A stretch of DNA of 64,000 nucleotides from an uncultured Dehalococcoidia bacterium (GTDB taxonomy: Bacteria; Chloroflexota; Dehalococcoidia; Lucifugimonadales; JADFKI01), in contig CATQHF010000004.1 of NCBI GenBank assembly GCA_958295865.1, forward strand, positions 441,506 through 505,505, written 5' to 3'. The translations under genes and the position numbers were made by a program. Shown one piece after another: positions 8,475 through 17,405 of the stretch (within the stretch, counting starts at the first letter, position 1; every line of letters begins with the position of its first letter). Below the pieces are notes generated by a model. It was not told the origin of the DNA, did no database searches, and saw nothing but the letters and a program-made list of their open reading frames with translations.

Positions 8475-9365
8475 ATGACATTTGGTAGCGGAGACTACAT
8501 CTATGAGGTTGCAGAAGGCTGGGGCGCTCTGCCCGAGGGCTTCGAGTACAAGCAGGTTGCCGATGTCGCGGTGGACAAGTCGGACAATGTGTTCGTCTAT
8601 AATCGCGGCACGCACAACCTCGTCATCTTCGACCGCGAGGGCAACTACTTGGACTCGTGGGACTTGCAGCACAGGGAGCCGCACGGCATCTGCGTGGACG
8701 ACGACGGCAACGTCTATCTGGCTGACAGAGATTCGCATGTCGTCGAAAAGCGGGACGCGGAGGGCAACCTGCTGCTCACGCTCGGCACGCGCGACAGCCC
8801 TTCGGACACCGGCGAGCAGAGCCAGCGCTTCCTCGTCGAGAAGCCCGGCGGCCCGTTCAACATGCCCACCGGCATTGCAATCGGCAGCTACGGCGACCTG
8901 TTCATATCCGACGGATATAGCAACTGCCGCGTGCATCACTACAACTCCAGCGGCTCGCTCATGAACTCCTGGGGCTTGCCCGGCAAGGACAACCCCGGCG
9001 ACTTCCACCTGCCGCACGGCATCGGCGTCGACTCCGAGAACAGGGTCGTCGTCGCCGACCGCGAGAACCACCGCATCCAGGTCTTCGACGAGGACGGCGA
9101 GTTCCAGTTCATGTGGACGGGCTTCCAGCAGCCTACATCCGTCGCGTTCGGCCCCGAGGGCGAGATATATGTGCCCGAGCTCCAGCACCGCGTCAGCATC
9201 ATAGACGGCGAGGGCAATCTGCTCGCCCGCTGGGGCAACGAGCACAGCCAGGCCCCCGGCCTCTTCTACGCCCCGCACGGCATGGCGATAGACTCGCACG
9301 GCGACATCTATGTGGGCGAGGTGCTGGAGGGCCAGCGCATCCAAAAGTTCATACGCCAGAGATAA
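8475..9365 (+). CDS. NHL-repeat beta-propeller protein (peptidyl-alpha-hydroxyglycine lyase-like)
   Basis: Repeated units of the form GxxxxPHGIxVDxxGNVYVADRxNHRIQxF (PHGICVDDDGNVYLADRDSH, PTGIAIGSYGDLFISD, PHGIGVDSENRVVVADRENHRIQVF, PHGMAIDSHGDIYVGE). The start is placed at ATG 8475, after GGGAGG. Confidence 0.85.
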   Translation: MTFGSGDYIYEVAEGWGALPEGFEYKQVADVAVDKSDNVFVYNRGTHNLVIFDREGNYLDSWDLQHREPHGICVDDDGNVYLADRDSHVVEKRDAEGNLLLTLGTRDSPSDTGEQSQRFLVEKPGGPFNMPTGIAIGSYGDLFISDGYSNCRVHHYNSSGSLMNSWGLPGKDNPGDFHLPHGIGVDSENRVVVADRENHRIQVFDEDGEFQFMWTGFQQPTSVAFGPEGEIYVPELQHRVSIIDGEGNLLARWGNEHSQAPGLFYAPHGMAIDSHGDIYVGEVLEGQRIQKFIRQR

Positions 9366-9670
9366 TCCGCTGAAACGAACATCTATATGGAGCGTGTCAG
9401 AAGGATGGCTGACGGCATATTTTCTGCTGTTCACCATCCAGTTCGTCGTTGGCATATCTCTGATAGTCTGATATGAAGTCGTCGTGGTAATGGATGACGC
9501 CGCCGCCGAAACGACCATGAAGATTCTCGGACGAGCGGGAACGATTCCGATATTGTCCGCTTCGACTTCATACATACTCGCGGAAGGAGGACGACTTGCG
9601 AAGGTCATATCCAACTGGGTGGAAAGAAAACTGGAAGAACGCAGAATAAAGCGCGAAAAAATCTCTCATG

Positions 9671-10515
9671 GGGTGTTTCCAAAGCATAAGACATGTGCTA
9701 ACATTTGTGAATGACACGCAAACTATATCCAAGCGACCTAACCGATGAGCAGTGGGAACTTCTGTCGCCGCTGCTGCCGGAAGCCAAGCCGGGAGGCAGA
9801 CCGCGCAGCGTTGACCTGCGCGAAATACTCAATGCCATCCTGTATGTGCTTCGCAGCGGATGCTCCTGGCGGATGATCCCACACGACTTGCCACCTTGGC
9901 AGACAGCATACAAATACTTCCGCCGTTGGTCTGACGACGGCACTTGGGAGCGAGTGCATGACAGCTTGCGCCCACTTGTGCGTGAAGATGAAGGCAGAAG
10001 TCCAACTCCCACAGCAGCCATTATAGACAGCCAGTCGGTGAAGACGACAGGAAAAGGGGGCCCTGCGGCTATGACGCCGGCAAGAAGATTAAAGGACGAA
10101 AGCGACACATAGTTGTGGATACTATGGGCCTGCTCTTGGGTGTAGTGGCGCATCCTGCGGACATCCAGGACAGGGACGGGGCTAAAGTGGTCATCGACAA
10201 GTTGGCCAGTCCGCTTCCCCGAAATAAGGCTCATCTGGGCGGATGGCGGCTATGGGGGGGAACTGGTTCAATGGGTTCGGGAGCATACGGGCTATGTCCT
10301 TGAGATAGTGAGGCGTCCTAGGGGTAGTCGTGAGTTTGTCGTGTTGCCGCGCAGATGGGTAGTAGAACGAACACTGGCCTGGTTGGGACGGTATCGTCGA
10401 TTAAGCAAGGATTATGAAGCCTTGCCAAGTAGCAGCGAAGCTTGGATTCGCATAGCGATGATGCATCTGATGCTCAGACGATTGGCCCCTTCTTGATCAA
10501 CCTTTGGAAACACCC
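9671..10515 (+). mobile_element. IS5-family insertion sequence (IS427/IS1031-like), 845 bp
   Basis: Perfect 14-bp terminal IRs: GGGTGTTTCCAAAG (9671-9684) and CTTTGGAAACACCC (10502-10515). The interior encodes an IS5-type DDE transposase. Confidence 0.85.
9711..10496 (+). pseudogene. IS5-family transposase split over three frames
   Basis: Frame 0 (9711..10112) reads LTDEQWELLSPLLP...RSGCSWRMIP...AAIIDSQSVKTTGKGG. Frame -1 from about 10058 reads [39 protein letters not shown]. Frame 0 again from about 10210 reads [22 protein letters not shown]...[25 protein letters not shown]. The first junction sits on GAAAAGGGGG (possibly a programmed -1 site). The second needs a real indel. Confidence 0.8.
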
Positions 10516-10873
10516 TCTAAGTGTCGCCTTGTCTGACCTGCGCGAAGCATCCGACTACGCCCGCGAAGAAGGCTTTCCGATACCATTCAACTCCGCAATG
10601 GACAACGCCGAGCGTCTGCTGAAAGAGTTGCACAAGATTACTACTCTGCACCTTGAGGTGTATCCCACGCCGGACGGCGAGCTTGCCGTCCATATCCCAA
10701 ACGGTCGTGGACGCTCGGTTGTGCTACTATGCGGTTCGAACGGCAGCGCGCTATGCTTAGCAAACCTCGAAAGCGGACACCGCCGCAAGAAATACCCAAC
10801 TGCGGATGCACTCCCGGACAAGTTCATGCGCCAAGCCCTTGATTTGTCAGCGAACCGCCCAACTGTCCGCTAA
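10516..10873 (+). CDS. Hypothetical protein, apparently 5'-truncated at the IS boundary
   Basis: The open frame runs straight out of the IS right end (LSVALSDLREASDYAREEGFPIPFNSAMDNAERLLKEL...), with no in-frame ATG/GTG plus RBS near the IS edge. Confidence 0.3.
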
Positions 10874-10901
10874 TAACCGACAACCCCACAGGAGGCGCCC
10901 C

Positions 10902-11903
10902 ATGGTCACCCCACGCAACGACTGGCTGCAACTCACCGTCGAAGACACCATCGACCCCGACCTGCCGATATGCGACCCGCATCACCACCTCTGGGAGCGC
11001 CCCGGCAACGACTACATGCTCGACGACCTGCTGCGCGACCTCACATCCGGCCACAACATCGTCAGCACCGTATTCCTCGAATGCTCGTCGATGTATCGCA
11101 CCGACGGCCCCGAGCATCTGAAGCCGCTCGGCGAGACCGAGTTCGTGGCGGCGGTCGCGGAGGAAGCGGCGGCGCGCCCCGACACGCGCACTAACATCAA
11201 CGCCGGCATCGCCAGCCACGCCGACCTGACGCTCGGCGAGCCGGTGGCAGAGGTGCTTGAGGCGCACATAGAGTTGGGCAAGGGCAGGTTTCGCGGCATA
11301 CGGCACGGCACATCGCACGACCCCAGCCCCGTAATCCCCGCATACCGCGACCAGGGACCCGGCGTGATGATGACGCCCAAGTTCCGCGAAGGCTTCGCGC
11401 AGCTAGGCAAGCTCGACCTCAGCTTCGACGCATGGCTGTTCCATCCGCAGCTGCCCGAACTCGCAGACCTCGCGCGCTCATTCCCTGACACCATAATCAT
11501 CCTCGACCACATCGGCGCGCCGCTCGGCGTCGGCCCCTACGCCGGCAGGCGCGGCGAGATTATGGAAATCTGGAAGCGCAGCATCGCCGAAGTCGCGCGG
11601 AACGAGAATGTCTTCGTGAAGGTCGGCGGCTGCGGCATGTCCAACTACGGCAACGGCTGGCACGAGCGCGACACGCCGCCCGGCTCCGTCGAGCTTGCCG
11701 AAGCAACCGCACCCTACTACCTCTATGTCATCAAGCAGTTCGGCGTCGAGCGCTCCATGTTCGAGAGCAACTTCCCCGTCGACAAGGCGTCCTACTCCTA
11801 CAATGTCATGTGGAACTCCTTCAAGCGCATCGTCGCCGACTTCTCCCCCGGCGAAAAAGCCGCCCTCTTCCACGACACCGCAGCGCGGGCGTATCGCCTC
11901 TGA
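10902..11903 (+). CDS. Amidohydrolase-2 family metal-dependent hydrolase (TIM barrel)
   Basis: DPHHHLWER near the N-terminus, ILDHIG and FESNFPVDK near the C-terminus. The start is placed at ATG 10902, after AGGAGG. Confidence 0.9.
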   Translation: MVTPRNDWLQLTVEDTIDPDLPICDPHHHLWERPGNDYMLDDLLRDLTSGHNIVSTVFLECSSMYRTDGPEHLKPLGETEFVAAVAEEAAARPDTRTNINAGIASHADLTLGEPVAEVLEAHIELGKGRFRGIRHGTSHDPSPVIPAYRDQGPGVMMTPKFREGFAQLGKLDLSFDAWLFHPQLPELADLARSFPDTIIILDHIGAPLGVGPYAGRRGEIMEIWKRSIAEVARNENVFVKVGGCGMSNYGNGWHERDTPPGSVELAEATAPYYLYVIKQFGVERSMFESNFPVDKASYSYNVMWNSFKRIVADFSPGEKAALFHDTAARAYRL

Positions 11904-12003
11904 TACGACTACGACAGAACCGATGAACGGGATTTCTGTGAACTGAACCGACAACATCCCTTGTTCATCCGTGTTATATTAGTCGCAGAAAGGAGCGGAT
12001 AAC

Positions 12004-12177
12004 ATGGATGTGAACACAATTGCGCCGATAATGGGGCTTATTATGCTGATACTCGCTCTGGCGCTTTTCACATTAAGCGTTTTGAGCATAGCCGACTGGT
12101 ATGGCATGATAAGCGTCTCTTGGCTCAATGTTGACCGCAAATCCCCGCCAAGGGATGCAAACCCTCGCAACGAGTAG
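12004..12177 (+). CDS. Small membrane protein (57 aa), hypothetical
   Basis: Below the ORF-track size cutoff. AAAGGAG lies upstream of ATG 12004. The sequence MDVNTIAPIMGLIMLILALALFTLSVLSIADWYGMISVSW... contains one or two TM helices. Confidence 0.4.
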   Translation: MDVNTIAPIMGLIMLILALALFTLSVLSIADWYGMISVSWLNVDRKSPPRDANPRNE

Positions 12178-12194
12178 GCTGATAAGGTACGCCC

Positions 12195-12431
12195 GTGAGC
12201 GCTAACGGCAATAGAGAAATCCCCGTAAGGGCGATACTTGGTATCCTATTTGCGGTAGCCCTTACGGGTCTGGGCATTTTGTCATTGCTTACACCCGTCT
12301 CTGCGGCCGACATGACGCCCGCACAAGACAGGCTGCTGAACATTGGAGACTGGATGCTCAAAACTGCCATTGGCTTAATCCTCGGCTTCGCCGGCGGACG
12401 CCTCGCCACCCGCAGCGGCGCGCGCAACTAA
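12195..12431 (+). CDS. Small membrane protein (78 aa), hypothetical
   Basis: GTG start preceded by AAGGTA. There are two hydrophobic helices (AILGILFAVALTGLGILSLL and LKTAIGLILGFAGG). Confidence 0.45.
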   Translation: MSANGNREIPVRAILGILFAVALTGLGILSLLTPVSAADMTPAQDRLLNIGDWMLKTAIGLILGFAGGRLATRSGARN

Positions 12432-12555
12432 CCACTCCCACCCTATCCCCTCCCTCCATATCAGCCCTCTCCAGCCCTCACAGGGCAATTGCCCTGGTAA
12501 AATGTAGGACAACCTTCGTGTGCAATCTTTATATTCTCCCATTTTAAGGGCCTGT

Positions 12556-12993
12556 TCACGATCTTTTCAGGATTAGCGCGGCGAAGGCAAGCGCCACCAT
12601 TTGCAGACTGGTATTGAGCTTTCTTTCGCAGTTCTTCCAGAGTCGGCGACACTTTCCCAGACAGACAAAGGATCGCTCCACTATCCATCGCTTCGGAAGA
12701 ACCACGAGGGTATGAAGTTCGCTGCGCTTCACCACTTCCACAGAAGCTCCTAACAGCTTCGCACCTCACTGGCAAAGGGCTTCTCCGCATAACCCCCATC
12801 CACAAGTACCTTCTGCACATGCTTGAGGTCTCCCCTCGTCGGTCGAACATCGCCAACGCTCCGACGCGGTCGGTGACATCGGCGGTGGTCACACCAATTG
12901 AAAGACCCTGCCGGTAACACGCCTGATAAAGACCCTGCATCTGGACTTCGATTATCCTTGTTTTCAGAATGTCTTTAACATAGCATATATCTC
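12556..12993 (-). pseudogene. Second IS5-type element, internally deleted and frameshifted relic (left end plus transposase C-terminus)
   Basis: Subterminal sequence GAGATATATGCTATGTTAAAG (reverse complement of 12973-12993), then transposase pieces GVTTADVTDRVGALAMFDR... and VVLPKRWIVERSFVCLGKCRRLWKNCERKLNTSLQMVALAF in different frames. The same end sequence recurs at 15122-15142 and 25530-25550. Confidence 0.7.
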
Positions 12994-13063
12994 ATGTTCG
13001 CATAACCCGGTCAACACTTGTGCGAATCACGGCAGATACGGCGGAGTATAAAGGAAGAAAGAA

Positions 13064-14182
13064 TTGAAATTCGGCTTGTTTCTTGAATGGCCCAACCCGA
13101 CGATGCGGAACTGGAAGACGCTCTTCGAGGAGGGCGTTCAGCAGGTGCAGTATTCGGAGGAACTTGGCTTCGACTACTGCCTCATCGCGGAGCACCACTT
13201 CACGAACTACGGCAATTCGCCCGCGCCGCTGATGCAGGCGCTCTACATCGGGCAGCGCACGCGACGCATCAAGATAGGCACGGCGTCGGTCATCCTTCCC
13301 GTCTGGCAGCCGCTGCGCCTCGCCGAAGAGTTGGCGGTGCTGGACAATCTGATAGACGGCAGGCTGATGTGCGGCATCGGGCGCGGCTATCAGGGTTATG
13401 AGATGGCAGGCTTCGGCAGCGCGCTCGGCGAGTCGCGCGGCAAGTTCCAGGAGACGCTGGAGGTGCTGCTGAAGGCGTGGACGTCGGACGAGTCGTTCAC
13501 TTATGAGGGCGAGCATGTCCGCATAGAGCATCCGGTAACGGTGTTCCCGAAGCCCAAGCAGAAGCCGCACCCACCGCTGTGGATTTCGGGTACGAGCGTG
13601 GAGTCCATGCAGCTTGCGGCGCGGCTTGACATGCTGCCGCTGTCGTCAAGCGCGCTGGGAATGGACGGCGTGCGTAAGCAGTTGGCGACTTATGTACACG
13701 CGCGCAAGGATTTGGGCAAGTCGGCGCGGCGTCCCTCGCTGGCGTTGCAGTGCATGACGCATGTCGCGCCCACGGATGAAGAGGCATACGAAGCGCTGCC
13801 GTATGTGCGCTGGCAGACGAGGGCGCAGCGCGGCTTGAACCGCCACGATGTGAACAACGGCAATGTCGACGCAAGCCCGTTCGAGGGTGAACTGAGCGAC
13901 GAGGCGTTTCTTGACAGGCTGTATTTCGGCAGCCCGGAGACGGTCATCGAGAAGTTTCGGCGCGCGGCGGACGCGGGCGCGACGCACATCAGCAACTGGA
14001 TGATGTTCGGCGGCATAGAGCATGAGAAGCTGATGCGCTCCATACGGCTGATGGGCGAGCAGGTCATACCGGCGCTGCGCGACTTGGAGCCGCCGCCGTC
14101 GCTGTATGACGAGCTGCTTTTGCAGTCGCCGGTTACGACGGAGGAGCTGCAAAGGGCGCGTTTCGCGCCTACAAGGGGCTGA
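13064..14182 (+). CDS. LLM-class (luciferase-like) flavin-dependent oxidoreductase
   Basis: MKFGLFLEWP...LIAEHHFTNYG...GIGRGYQ pattern. TTG start preceded by AAGGAAG. Confidence 0.9.
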   Translation: MKFGLFLEWPNPTMRNWKTLFEEGVQQVQYSEELGFDYCLIAEHHFTNYGNSPAPLMQALYIGQRTRRIKIGTASVILPVWQPLRLAEELAVLDNLIDGRLMCGIGRGYQGYEMAGFGSALGESRGKFQETLEVLLKAWTSDESFTYEGEHVRIEHPVTVFPKPKQKPHPPLWISGTSVESMQLAARLDMLPLSSSALGMDGVRKQLATYVHARKDLGKSARRPSLALQCMTHVAPTDEEAYEALPYVRWQTRAQRGLNRHDVNNGNVDASPFEGELSDEAFLDRLYFGSPETVIEKFRRAADAGATHISNWMMFGGIEHEKLMRSIRLMGEQVIPALRDLEPPPSLYDELLLQSPVTTEELQRARFAPTRG

Positions 14183-14309
14183 CTTTACATATCAATAATA
14201 GTGCGAATAATAGATGAGGCGATTTGTGCCTGCTCGGAGGGACTAAATCAAGTAGTGATGGCGTGGGCGTGGCGCGCGCGCTTTGTGCCTGCGCGGGGGT
14301 GCCAGGGGT

Positions 14310-14450
14310 AGGAATTAAGAAGCGGGTTATGTTGAGGTTTGGGGGGATGTTTCGTGGCTTGATGGCAAGACGGAGTGCAAAGGGGTGGTTGCTGAAATTT
14401 ATATGTTCGGCGGGCTAGGATTTTTGATTCCTCACTCCGTTCGGAATGAC
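14310..14450. repeat. Repeat family F copy (AT-rich head, G-rich tract, two hairpins ending in GTTCGGAATGAC)
   Basis: Aligns by eye to 29655-29811, 29828-29985 and partly 62170-62235. It ends in GATTTTTGATTCCTCACTCCGTTCGGAATGAC. Confidence 0.7.
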
Positions 14451-14510
14451 AGGGTATCAGGGGCGATGGGACTGTATATCATCGGTGAGGAAACGCGGGC
14501 GCGGGATTTC

Positions 14511-14539
14511 TTGCGGACGCGCGGGGTGTCTGCTATATT
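14511..14539 (+). promoter_or_regulatory. Putative promoter of tRNA-Ala
   Basis: TTGCGG (14511-14516), 17 nt, then TATATT (14534-14539), about 45 nt upstream of the tRNA 5' end. Confidence 0.45.
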
Positions 14540-14584
14540 TATGCTTGCCTCTAGCGAGCCGCCCGACGGCTTGCCAGCGCGGGT

Positions 14585-14660
14585 GGGGCTGTAGCTCATC
14601 TGGGAGAGCGCTTCAATGGCATTGAAGAGGTAGGGGGTTCGAGTCCCCCCAGCTCCACCA
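14585..14660 (+). tRNA. tRNA-Ala (anticodon GGC), CCA encoded
   Basis: Hand-folded cloverleaf: acceptor GGGGCTG/CAGCTCC with the G3:U70 alanine identity pair, D arm GCTC/GAGC, anticodon stem CTTCA/TGAAG with loop ATGGCAT, T arm GGGGG-TTCGAGT-CCCCC, then ACCA. Confidence 0.95.
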
Positions 14661-14705
14661 ACAGGCGGCGTAATCGCCGAAGACTGCAAGAGGGAAGAGC
14701 CTGAT

Positions 14706-14927
14706 ATGGGACAGATGAAACTCATGGCAGAGCAGTTTGCGATAATGGGGGAACTTCTCTATCTCTATACGATGAGGCTGTACCTGAAGACCGTTCTTCT
14801 TTGCTTGGGCGTAGCGCGGGATTTGCTGGGCGGCATCATCGCCATCGGCTACTTCCGTTCAGTCTTAATTCTGCTGATTGCTATGACGATGCTCGTCTGG
14901 TATCTGACAATTCTGGCATCGCAATAG
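14706..14927 (+). CDS. Small hydrophobic protein (73 aa), hypothetical
   Basis: AT-richer ORF directly downstream of tRNA-Ala with two or three hydrophobic segments. I recognise no family. Confidence 0.3.
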   Translation: MGQMKLMAEQFAIMGELLYLYTMRLYLKTVLLCLGVARDLLGGIIAIGYFRSVLILLIAMTMLVWYLTILASQ

Positions 14928-14941
14928 GAAGCTCGGACTAG

Positions 14942-15100
14942 GCGGTATTGTAGCCGTCGCGCCCCCCCTCTCCCTCCGTCATTCCCGCTTTCGCGGGAAT
15001 TCGGCGTTTTGAGATAGCCTAAAATATGTGGATATGCCTGTGTTCTGAGGTTCCGGCTTCTCGTTTTCACGGGAATGACGCAAATGCCCGTAGATAGAAC
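14942..15100 (-). mobile_element. MITE family B copy (B7)
   Basis: Read on the minus strand: GTTCTATCTACGGGCATTTGCGTCATTCCCGTGAAAACG...GAATTCCCGCGAAAGCGGGAATGACGG. Flanked by CTAG (14938-14941) and TTAG (15101-15104). Confidence 0.65.
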
Positions 15101-15157
15101 TTAGTATGTGTTTCGTCATGCCTTTGATATAGCATATATCTCAAATATCCACAAAAC
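15101..15157 (-). mobile_element. Left-end stub of the second IS5-type element
   Basis: Read on the minus strand: GTTTTGTGGATATTTGAGATATATGCTATATCAAAGGCATGACGAAACAC..., the same terminus and transposase ATG as at 25515-25555. It is cut off by MITE B7. Confidence 0.6.
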
Positions 15158-15240
15158 TAAAGAATTACGGACTAACAGGCAAGTTCCCAAGAAGCGAACT
15201 CTATCGGCTGACAAGTCAGGTTCGTAGAAGGAGTATCCTA

Positions 15241-16083
15241 ATGACCACTACACCGGGAACGGAACTTATAGAACTCGAAACGGGCGTTTTCGCGCGGCTG
15301 CACGAGGGGCTTACCAATGCCGGCATCATCGTGGGCGATGAGGGCGTGCTGGTAATAGACTCGCTGCGCGTCCCTTCATTCGCGCGCGACTTGATACGGG
15401 ATGTCAGGCACATTACCGACAAGCCGATTCAGTATCTGGTGGATACCCATTCGCACTGGGATCACGCATGGGGCAACGAGGAGTTCCCGGAAGCCACTAT
15501 CATCGGGCACGAAAACTGCTACAACGAGATGGTGGATGTGGAGTGGAATAACCAATGGCTCGAGAAGATATTGAGTTCCGGCGATCCTTGGTCTGAAGAA
15601 GCCGGATTGGTAACGATTACGCCTCCCAATCTCACATTCGAGACGGGCATGCGGCTCTACTTCGGCGGGCGGGAACTGTATCTCAGGTACTTGGGCAGGG
15701 CGCACACGAGCGGCGATACTCACATCCACTTGCCGAACGAGGGCATCGTCTTCTGCGGGGATGTCGCGCAGGATGGCGGCGTCCCCTATTTGGGCGATAG
15801 CTACCCGGAGGAGTGGCCGGACACCGACGACCGTCTGGTCGATCTGCCAATCGAGCGGTTCGTCTCCGGACACGGACCCGTCGGAGAACATTCCGCGCTG
15901 GCGGAGGCGAGAGATTTCATTCACGATCTCGTGGGCAGTCTCAAGTCCGCTATCGCAGAGGGCAGGAACGAACAGGAGGCGTCCGCGCTGACGGTCGCCG
16001 CGCTCACTCCACGCTACGGAGGATGGCGGGGCTTCGAGCGCCTGGAAGAGACCTTGCCGGAGGTGTACGGCAAGCTGACCTAA
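15241..16083 (+). CDS. MBL-fold metallo-hydrolase
   Basis: VDTHSHWDHAWGN (HxHxDH motif) plus downstream GDTHIH and HG motifs. RBS GAAGGAG. Confidence 0.9.
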   Translation: MTTTPGTELIELETGVFARLHEGLTNAGIIVGDEGVLVIDSLRVPSFARDLIRDVRHITDKPIQYLVDTHSHWDHAWGNEEFPEATIIGHENCYNEMVDVEWNNQWLEKILSSGDPWSEEAGLVTITPPNLTFETGMRLYFGGRELYLRYLGRAHTSGDTHIHLPNEGIVFCGDVAQDGGVPYLGDSYPEEWPDTDDRLVDLPIERFVSGHGPVGEHSALAEARDFIHDLVGSLKSAIAEGRNEQEASALTVAALTPRYGGWRGFERLEETLPEVYGKLT

Positions 16084-16201
16084 CTCGCGCCGATACATTG
16101 TGCGGTGGAATGCGCGGCAAACCCTTGCGAATGTAACTTGTCCGCAAGCGCGATGCTTCCATACGAACCGGCTGGGGCTAATAATCACAGGGGGAGTTAA
16201 G

Positions 16202-16993
16202 ATGGTCAGGCTAGGCGGGTCGGCTACGGCGTCTCATTTTGATGTATTTCAGGGACTGGAGGAACTTTTCCGCCGAAGGGGAATCGCCCTGGATTGGGTT
16301 CTGTATTCGGACTACGACGCGATGGTGGATGCCTTTGTGAAGGGCGACATCGATCTGGCGTGGAATGGGCCACTCGGCTATGTCAAGATTAAGCGCCTGC
16401 TGGAGATGCCGTGTCGGGTCATCGCAATGCGCGATGTGGACATCGACTTTGTTACGCAGTTTATCACCGGCTCAGAGTCAGACATCATGACTGTCGAGGA
16501 CCTGCTTGGCAAACGGTTCGCATTTGGCAGTCGCAGTTCCGAGCAGGCCGGCCTGGTGCCGTACTATGTTCTGAAGCAGTCCGGGCTGAACCCTGACAAA
16601 GACCTTTCGGCTATCAGTTTCTATGAGGAACGGCAATCACGGAGCGGGTCGGACGAGCGCGATGTGGTGGAGCGCGTGGCATCCGGCGAGTTCGATGCCG
16701 GAGCGGTCAGCCGGAGAACGCTGGACATGATGGCTGAGGATGGCAGCCTATCCGAATATCCGGTGCGAGCGTTCTGGGCAAGCCCCGCATATAGCCACTG
16801 CTGCTTTACCGCCCAGGGAGATATGGACTCGCAGTTGGCGGCGCAGATCGAGGCGGCGTTCCTCTCCATTACCGGGACTGATGAGGTGGAAAGGGCGGTG
16901 CTGGAAGGAGAAGCCTGCGACAGTTTCGTCGCAGGCGTCGAAGAGGGATGGGAGATAATCGAAGATGCGGCGGTTGCCGAAGGGCTGGTCTGA
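16202..16993 (+). CDS. PhnD/SsuA-like substrate-binding domain protein, no signal peptide seen
   Basis: YDAMVDAFVKGDIDLAWNGPLGYV and GSRSSEQAGLVPYYVL resemble phosphonate-type binding proteins. The start is placed at ATG 16202, after GGGGGAG. Confidence 0.75.
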   Translation: MVRLGGSATASHFDVFQGLEELFRRRGIALDWVLYSDYDAMVDAFVKGDIDLAWNGPLGYVKIKRLLEMPCRVIAMRDVDIDFVTQFITGSESDIMTVEDLLGKRFAFGSRSSEQAGLVPYYVLKQSGLNPDKDLSAISFYEERQSRSGSDERDVVERVASGEFDAGAVSRRTLDMMAEDGSLSEYPVRAFWASPAYSHCCFTAQGDMDSQLAAQIEAAFLSITGTDEVERAVLEGEACDSFVAGVEEGWEIIEDAAVAEGLV

Positions 16994-17001
16994 GCAGATC
17001 C

Positions 17002-17382
17002 TCAGATGTGCGACTCCGGCGGCTCGCCTTCTAGGAAGCGCGTCCGCATGAACGGGTCTTTTGCCGGAAACATCCCGATTATCCTTGCGGGGCCGTCGCC
17101 AATCGCCGTGAACCCATGCGGCACATTGGGAGGCACTACGATTGTGTGATCCGCGCCCACCTCATGCGTCTCGTCCCCGTATCGGACGCTCAGAGAGCCG
17201 CTCAGCACCACAATCAGCTCATCGTCCTCGTGCGTGTGCAATGGCGCGCCCGCGCCGACGCCGACCTCGCTGATTGCGGCTTCCGTGGAAGTCGTGCCAT
17301 CCCCTTCCTGCGTGATTAGCCACTTGCGATAGTTCGGCCTCCATGGTACTTCCTGCGCGTTGTTGTGATCGATGATGGGCAT
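17002..17382 (-). CDS. Cupin domain protein
   Basis: 126 aa with GAPLHTHEDDELIVVLSG and VVPPNVPHGF, the two cupin motifs. Confidence 0.85.
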   Translation of the reverse strand: MPIIDHNNAQEVPWRPNYRKWLITQEGDGTTSTEAAISEVGVGAGAPLHTHEDDELIVVLSGSLSVRYGDETHEVGADHTIVVPPNVPHGFTAIGDGPARIIGMFPAKDPFMRTRFLEGEPPESHI

Positions 17383-17405
17383 CTTGCCTCCTGTCTATAA
17401 GTTCC

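Noticed and set aside
8352-9614. 420-aa minus-strand ORF, the longest ORF at this locus
   Set aside because: It is antisense to the well-supported NHL-repeat gene. Its composition (Ala/Val/His/Asp runs) is typical of a high-GC antisense shadow, and no motif is recognisable.
9366-9670. Coding potential in the AT-richer segment between the NHL gene and the IS (76-aa + ORF 9484..9714; N-terminus of the 420-aa antisense ORF)
   Set aside because: No frame gives a recognisable protein or a convincing RBS and start. It may be the 5' part of a gene split by the IS, but frame arithmetic depends on an undetermined target duplication.
16202-16993. PhnD-like binding protein as part of a phosphonate transporter
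   Set aside because: There are no adjacent ABC permease or ATPase genes and no signal peptide. The function cannot be inferred beyond the fold family.
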